NCBI RefSeq assembly: GCF_006345805.1
Contig: NC_042999.1
Coordinates: 24,490,001 to 24,554,000 of the forward strand
Length of the DNA stretch: 64,000 bases
Reading direction: 5' to 3'
Source: Octopus sinensis
Taxonomy: Eukaryota
This document shows, piece after piece, positions 58,028 through 64,000 of the stretch; positions within the stretch are counted from its first letter, which is position 1; each line of letters begins with the position of its first letter. The notes under the pieces were generated by a model that worked only from the letters and a program-made list of their open reading frames with translations, was not told the origin of the DNA and ran no database searches. Both the position numbers and the translations under genes were made by a program.

Positions 58028-59639
58028 CCTTCCCCCACCCTAACCCTAACCCTAAAACAGATTGAAATGCAATAGATCGATACTAAGGTCATAATTATGA
58101 GTGACAATTTCATATGACACCGCTAGAAAAAACTGCCGTTCAAACCGAAAAGATCCCCCTTTGACTATTTGGCATACAAATCTCACAACAAAACATCCTG
58201 CCCACAGGCCCCATCCATCTCTTGTATCTTTGATTGTGGCTACATCAGTTCACCATGACACAGTTAACACATCTCCCGCTATAGTCTGTAACTTACCTCC
58301 CTTTAAATCGTTCTTTTGGCACGTTGTCATGGTTATGAAATAGCGTCAACTTAGGTTAAAACAAGGATTTCAACAACACTGGACGCTCAGCTGGTCTTGA
58401 GGTATTAGAATTGCAATTTACTGACACGTATTTTTAGATAACAAAAAGATATATATATTTTTTTTAACAGAGAATACTAAATAGCCAGTATATATTTGTT
58501 ATTGCTTACATTCGATTGTTTACTTTTCGATAATAATTGATTCTAACTTAAGCATAAGGCCATCAGTTTTCGTGGGAGAGGGTCAGTTGATACAGTCGAC
58601 CCCAGTACTTTACTGATACTTTTATTCTATTGATCTCAGAGGGTTGCAAAGCAACCCCGACGGGATTTGATCTCTGAACATAAAGCGTCGGAAGAAATAT
58701 CGCAAAACATTTTACCGACGCTGTAACCTTTCTGCTAATCTTATTGTGCTAAGATGTTCAGGAATAATAATAATTTCTTACATTGGTACAAGGCCAGAAA
58801 TATGGGGGGAAAGGGGACTCGATTACATCAGCCTCAGCACTTGTCTAATATTTCATTTTATTGAATTTGGAAGAACGAATAACCAAGTCGACTTTAACGG
58901 ACTTGTCGGAACGTAACAAATTACTGCGTGATATCTTGTCCGAACCGACTTTCGTCCACCTTCTCGCCTACCCATAAAACTTAAGCAAATTTCTCCGTCT
59001 ACTCTTGATAGCAGTGAATAATATGATTATGGTGCTTGTGATGGAAATAGTTTTGAGGGAGACAGGTAAGTTACATGTGATAATGGTGGGGGGTTAGATG
59101 ATGATAACTAGCGGAACCCGTGAATATTTCAATAAAAGGGTAAACTTATTGGCTTATTTCTGAAAACTTTATCTAAAAAACCTGAAAGCGTAGCTTGTTT
59201 GTATAAAAAAATAGTTGCTCATCTGCTAATCATTGAAAAGTGAAGGAAATTCGTATACAATGATTACTTAATGCACTTTATATATACACTTTATATACTC
59301 TATGCATAAGCTTATAGACTTAATACACAACACTCTCCCTCTTTCTCTCTCACTCTGCGCCTTACTCTCTTTTTCTCTCTCCTTTTTCTTTCGCTCTTCG
59401 TCTTTCCCTTCTACTAATCGTGTGAAAGCATTACAAACGGACTAAGTAACGGAGGTAAAAAAAACCCATTTTAAAAAAAATTTACAGATTTCACCTCACC
59501 ATCCCCACTCCATCCTCCTCCCCTCCCACCTCCTCACCCACCCTCCCATTCCTCCGCCGTCAATTAATCACGTCGAAGCCTTACAGACGGGCTAAGTAAC
59601 GGAGTGACAAGTAGAATAATTATAAGATTGTAGTAGTGA

Positions 59640-60490
59640 TTATAATGGCATCCAGAAATGAGTCAACAGGAAATTATTCCCAAAGGATTGAGCAGAGGTA
59701 GTAAATAACTTCATTGCCTCTATTATAACTGCCTGATCAATGTGATTTACTCACAGACCTTGACTTCACCAATGATCTGAGACATTTCAGCACCATATCG
59801 ACAACCCCCATTCTCAACAAAAGCATGAATATGATGATTATTGAGGAAGCACAGCAGCAACAATTCTGGTCGGTGGGACAGTCTCTGGAAATCATTGACT
59901 CCTTCACATATCTGCGTAATAACATCACAAATTTCTGGCTGACCAGATTGGAGTGTTCTTTTACCTTTGAAAATGATGCATTCTATTGATCAAGTGATGT
60001 TTATGCTGCCAATACCTTCTGTAAGGTGGTCTCAGTATGCCATGACTGTTAATGCACAGACATACTGAGACGGCACCACTATAGAGCTTCCTGGGTAAGC
60101 AAGTGTGGTTTCCATTTGTAAGGCATGTCTTTCCATAGATTGTCTCTTGATAGAACTTACTGTCCTGGGTCAAAGAGAGACCAAGACTGGGTGCTTGACG
60201 TTTTGAATACAGTCAGGTACTCACTATGCCGGAAGGACTTTCAGGAGCAGGGCTACTATGGGTAATTTCTAGAAATCCTTAACCAAGCAAAGCTACTGAG
60301 GGGTCCTGCAGGTCCCTTACATCTGATGTCAGGTGTCTGTAAATAAATCATGTAAAAGCTGACTGATAGAAACAAGAGGTGGTTCGTGAGTGCCAAATAA
60401 GAGTAAGGGTGGTCAGATGTTGGCAAAGAATGAGGAACAACCAACAAGGTGGGTGGAACATTTAAGAAATACTGAACTAAAGAAACTGTT
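59640..60490. mobile_element. Patchwork of decayed RTE-like RT fragments on both strands
   Basis: Plus strand: DLDFTNDL...LEIIDSFTYL, RWVEH; minus strand: TCLPRK...LCINSHGI. Confidence 0.45.
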
Positions 60491-60554
60491 GATCTCTTCA
60501 ACTTCACCCATGAGACCTTTGGTAGGTCATCTGCAGGTGACAGATGAACAAATC

Positions 60555-60835
60555 ATCATCATGATCGTTTAACGTCCGCTTTCCATGCTAGCATGGGTTG
60601 GACGATTTGACTGAGGTCTGGCGAACCAGATGGCTGCACCAGGCTTCAATCTTGATCTGGCAGAGTTTCTACAGCTGGATGCCCTTCCTAATGCCAACCA
60701 CTCCGAGAGTGTAGTGGGTGCTTTTTACATGCCACCTGCACGGGGACCAGTCAGGTGGTACTGGCAACGACCTCGCTCAAATGTTTTTACACATGCCAGT
60801 AAGGCGATGCTGGTAACGATCACACTTGAATGGTG
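60555..60835 (-). mobile_element. SINE family 4
   Basis: Consensus match. Confidence 0.78.
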
Positions 60836-61059
60836 CCTAAAGCTGTATATCACCCTAAGAAAAACAAGGCAGCTGGGTTAGATAAGGTAACTGCTTAAGC
60901 ATGGAGGACATATCACTGAAGAAGGGTTGTGATATCTTTGTTCAAGCTAAATAAGAAATATGGTATGAAGAAGTTGTTGAAGCCTGGGATGATGGAGTGA
61001 TACTAATTTTACCTATGAAAAACGATCATAGTAACTGCAACTACTAGCATGGAATAACC

Positions 61060-61285
61060 TATTTCTTTATTACCCACAAGGGGCTAAACACAGAGGTGAC
61101 AAACAAGGACAGACATAGGTATTAAGTCGATTACATCGATCCCAGTGCATAACTGGTACTTAATTTATCAACCCCGAAAGGATGAAAGGCAAAGTCAACC
61201 TCGGCGGAATTTGAACTCACAACGTAACGCAGACGAAATACCGCTAAGCATTTCGCCCAGCGTGCTAATGTTTCTGTCAGCTTGC
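61060..61285 (-). mobile_element. SINE family 2 with 16-bp TSD
   Basis: ctagcatggaataacc at 61044-61059 and 61286-61301. Confidence 0.88.
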
Positions 61286-61604
61286 CTAGCATGGAATAAC
61301 CCTACTCTCTATCCCTGGTGAAATGCTCCTTACCTGAAGAATGTGGTTGAAGAACATTTACAAGATGAACATGTAGGATTGAGGAAGGAAAGTGATACAG
61401 CAAGCAAAATGATTTTAGCTCAAAAGAGAGCATAGGATTGGTTAAAATTCGAAAAATTAAACTACGTTAAACAAACAAATTACAATTTTCTCAAGAAAGC
61501 CAAGAGAAAAAAATGTTTTATTTTGACACATTCTACCAGTTTACGAAGTTTTAAAGTGTTTAGTTAACTAGAAATTGTCTGCCGTTCAAAAAGAAAAGAT
61601 CCAA

Positions 61605-62135
61605 AATATTTGTTTCAAAGCTCATGCCACAAACAGCAGCAATAAACTCAAGCAGAGTCGCAGTAGTTCAGTATGGCACTGGAATTCTGAAGTGGACAAC
61701 AGAAGAGCTAAAGGAGTTGGACAGAAAGACAAGAAAGCCCCTAGCAATGCATGGAGCCCATCATCCACATGCAGACACTGATCACTTATACATGAAGAGA
61801 GCAAATGGATTAAGTGTGGAAGACTACATACATATCAAAATTAGTCTGGTACCTATTCAAAAATAATGAAACCTTGCTAATATCAGTTAGGAATGAAGGA
61901 GTATTGAAAACAGAAAAAGAGTACAACAAAGCAAGAAGTACAAAAAAGGACATGAAGAAGCATTACACAACAGGGGATTATACAATTCCATGTAAAGTGA
62001 AGTTGCCGGTAAACATAGGTGGGATTGGCTGAAGAAAGGAATACTGAAAAAAGAGTCTGAGAGCACTGTACTAGCAGTGCAAGACCAAGCTTTGGCTACA
62101 AATTGGAGGTCCAACCTTAGGAATGAGCAAGTGTC
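61605..62135 (+). mobile_element. R4/Dong/NeSL-like non-LTR fragment
   Basis: YGTGILKWTTEELKELDRKTRK...HPHADTDHLY; AVQDQALAT. Confidence 0.65.
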
Positions 62136-62147
62136 TACAGAATAATA

Positions 62148-62310
62148 CATCCTGTAACTAACCCTAACCCTAAATTTTTGTTTCTTAATTGTTAAATTAA
62201 TTTAATTGTTACGCGTGTAAAAAAAAACTAAAGCAATGGAATTAAATTAATTTAACAATTAAGAAAAAAAAATTAGGGTTAGGGGGAGGTTTAGGGTTAG
62301 TTACAGGATG
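62148..62310. mobile_element. 163-bp palindromic MITE-like element with telomere-type arms
   Basis: catcctgtaactaaccctaaccctaa... / ...ttagggttagttacaggatg; no TSD found. Confidence 0.6.
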
Positions 62311-62379
62311 TTGTCTCAGTTTTAGATGCAGCAAATGATTTTAGTTGAATGGAGGTAATCGATTGGTTAAAATTGCCGA

Positions 62380-62545
62380 AATGCTCAGATTTTCAGATGA
62401 AATATCTTACAAACTATAGAATTTTCTCAATAAAACCAAGAGAAAATGATGTTTTATAAATGCATTCTACCAGTATACGAAGTTTAAAAGTGTTTAGTTA
62501 ATTAGAAATTGTGTTGACATCTGCCGTTCAAAAGGAAAAGATCCA
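62380..62545 (-). mobile_element. MITE family A fragment (another fragment at about 61480-61603)
   Basis: ttacaaactatagaattttctcaataaa...ctgccgttcaaaaggaaaagatcc. Confidence 0.65.
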
Positions 62546-63664
62546 ATATTTTTCTCACTCACTACAGGTACTTTTTCTTTGTTTTTTCTTCCATATCATT
62601 GCGTTTGGTTCCATCTGCCTCAAGTATTCCCAGATATTTATATTTGGATTCAGGTTCAGTTGCCTTCATCATTTCATCACTTGGCATATAGTATTATTCT
62701 GTAGATACATAGTATTATTCTAGAGAATGTTTGAGAAAACATAAGAAAATTATAAGTTTGTTTTAAAATTTGAGATTACATAGACAGTACTTTACATAGG
62801 ATATCGGTAGTTCCAATGAACACTCTCTTTTGAATTTCTGCCATTTTGGGGCTTCCTGGTATCTGAGTTAGGTAGGAATAAGCTCTTTTTTGCACCTACG
62901 ACAACAGGTATTATTTTAGTCTTGAGGGTCCACATTTTCCTTGTATCTAAAGTACTTTTCATTTAATTTTTCCAAAATTTAATTGTTTTCCAAATTTACT
63001 ATTGAAAAAGTCTCAATGACTGAAACCAGTACTGAAATGTTTTTTATAAAATTATTTTAGTATTTTCTACCTTTACTTTTTTTCCATATATATATATAAT
63101 TTGCATTAGTTTTTGTAATAAAAAAAAAAACAGAAGGGAGTGAGGCTTGTTTGTAGTTTGTAGAGAAAATGTGCCTGAAAAAAAAAACAAAGTTTTTCCC
63201 CACCAACTAAAAGACACGAAGAACTATGAAAGGAGGTGAATAAATACCGGGGATGGGGGAAAGAAGAGAGAACTAACACTCGATCGTTCTAGAACTCCCA
63301 GAATAAAAATGTGAACACCGGAAAGGTTTTTCCTCTATTCATTACTAAATGTCTTTTCCCCTTCTTCATTGTTAAAAGTAAAGAAGCTAGAAAAGATCGA
63401 TCATATTTCAGTCTTGTAGCTGATATCTTCACTGTTTGAGAGATATATTAGAAATGATCCCGTGTTAGATAACAACCATCTACGGCTATTTTGACCCTGT
63501 TGTGTCCACTGCTCTGATTGGTTGACATTGGCGCAATTTGTCTCTTGACTTATTTCACGTCAGTGTGTAATCCAACCAATCACAGCCTTCGGATAAGGTC
63601 CCATGACACTGTTTTTCTTATGCCTTGTTTGAGCCTACCTCAGGCTTTATAACGCCCCAGCATT

Positions 63665-64000
63665 CACGATACCAGGTCTTTGGTTCCAGTCCTTTCAGGA
63701 CTAACCTCTGACCACAGAGCTACTCAACCATGTTCCAGCAACACCGTCTTTGGCTTTAGTCCTTTTCAGGACTAGCCTCTGACCGTAGAGCGACTCAAAC
63801 ATTTCCAGTTCCAGCGACAGACGACGCTAATATACACCAGCAATGTAGGACGTCTCCACCACCATCACCATCACCACCGTTGACTTTAAATACGTACACA
63901 GCACTCGCTCAGGTTTAAACTCCACGCTGTTGTGAATATTTACCAAGGTAAACAGCACAGTCAGCCTGAGAGATTCCTGTATCAAGAAACCTGGCACAGC
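63665..64000 (+). mobile_element. LTR-like sequence homologous to 4600-4960, runs off the window
   Basis: gctcaggtttaaactccacgctgttgtgaatatt etc. is the reverse complement of the 4600-4960 segment. Confidence 0.7.

Larger units (their letters stand above)
56941..58156 (+). mobile_element. MITE family A (5' truncated) split by family B element
   Basis: Family A body to 57106, resumes at 58028 with ccctaaccctaa and ends with the TIR. Confidence 0.8.

Noticed and set aside
63515-63581. CCAAT/ATTGG boxes and cacgtca as the ELAC1 promoter
   Set aside because: They sit directly upstream of the LTR-like copy at 63665 and could be its U3; cannot be assigned from sequence alone.

Overview
AT-rich, microsatellite- and SINE-dense animal genomic DNA. 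The repeat families look like those of Octopus (coleoid cephalopod); this is an inference, not a database hit. Two convergent, intact, spliced host genes can be assembled by hand from GT-AG sites and codon phase. LIPT2 (mitochondrial octanoyltransferase, LipB family) is on the + strand with 2 coding exons, 20506-28188, 290 aa. ELAC1 (short-form RNase Z) is on the - strand with 9 coding exons, 55160-34203, 367 aa; five of its exons are invisible in the ORF track. The rest is transposon-derived: four SINE families, RTE/CR1/Tx1/R4-like LINE relics, a Penelope-like relic, Ty3/Gypsy relics, Tc1/mariner/pogo relics and a Helitron-like element. The most notable observations are: (i) at least four unrelated MITE families with GG...CC termini and 8-bp target-site duplications (Merlin-like signature), two carrying TTAGGG telomere-type repeats and one nested inside another; (ii) a Glu (GAA) at the conserved Gly of the LIPT2 PCG catalytic motif, which one A-to-I edit would restore; (iii) several long fold-back hairpins, including a 171-bp stem next to the ELAC1 start exon. 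I found no prokaryotic system or CRISPR array. Exon and TSD coordinates were counted base by base; other repeat boundaries are approximate (about +/-20 bp).
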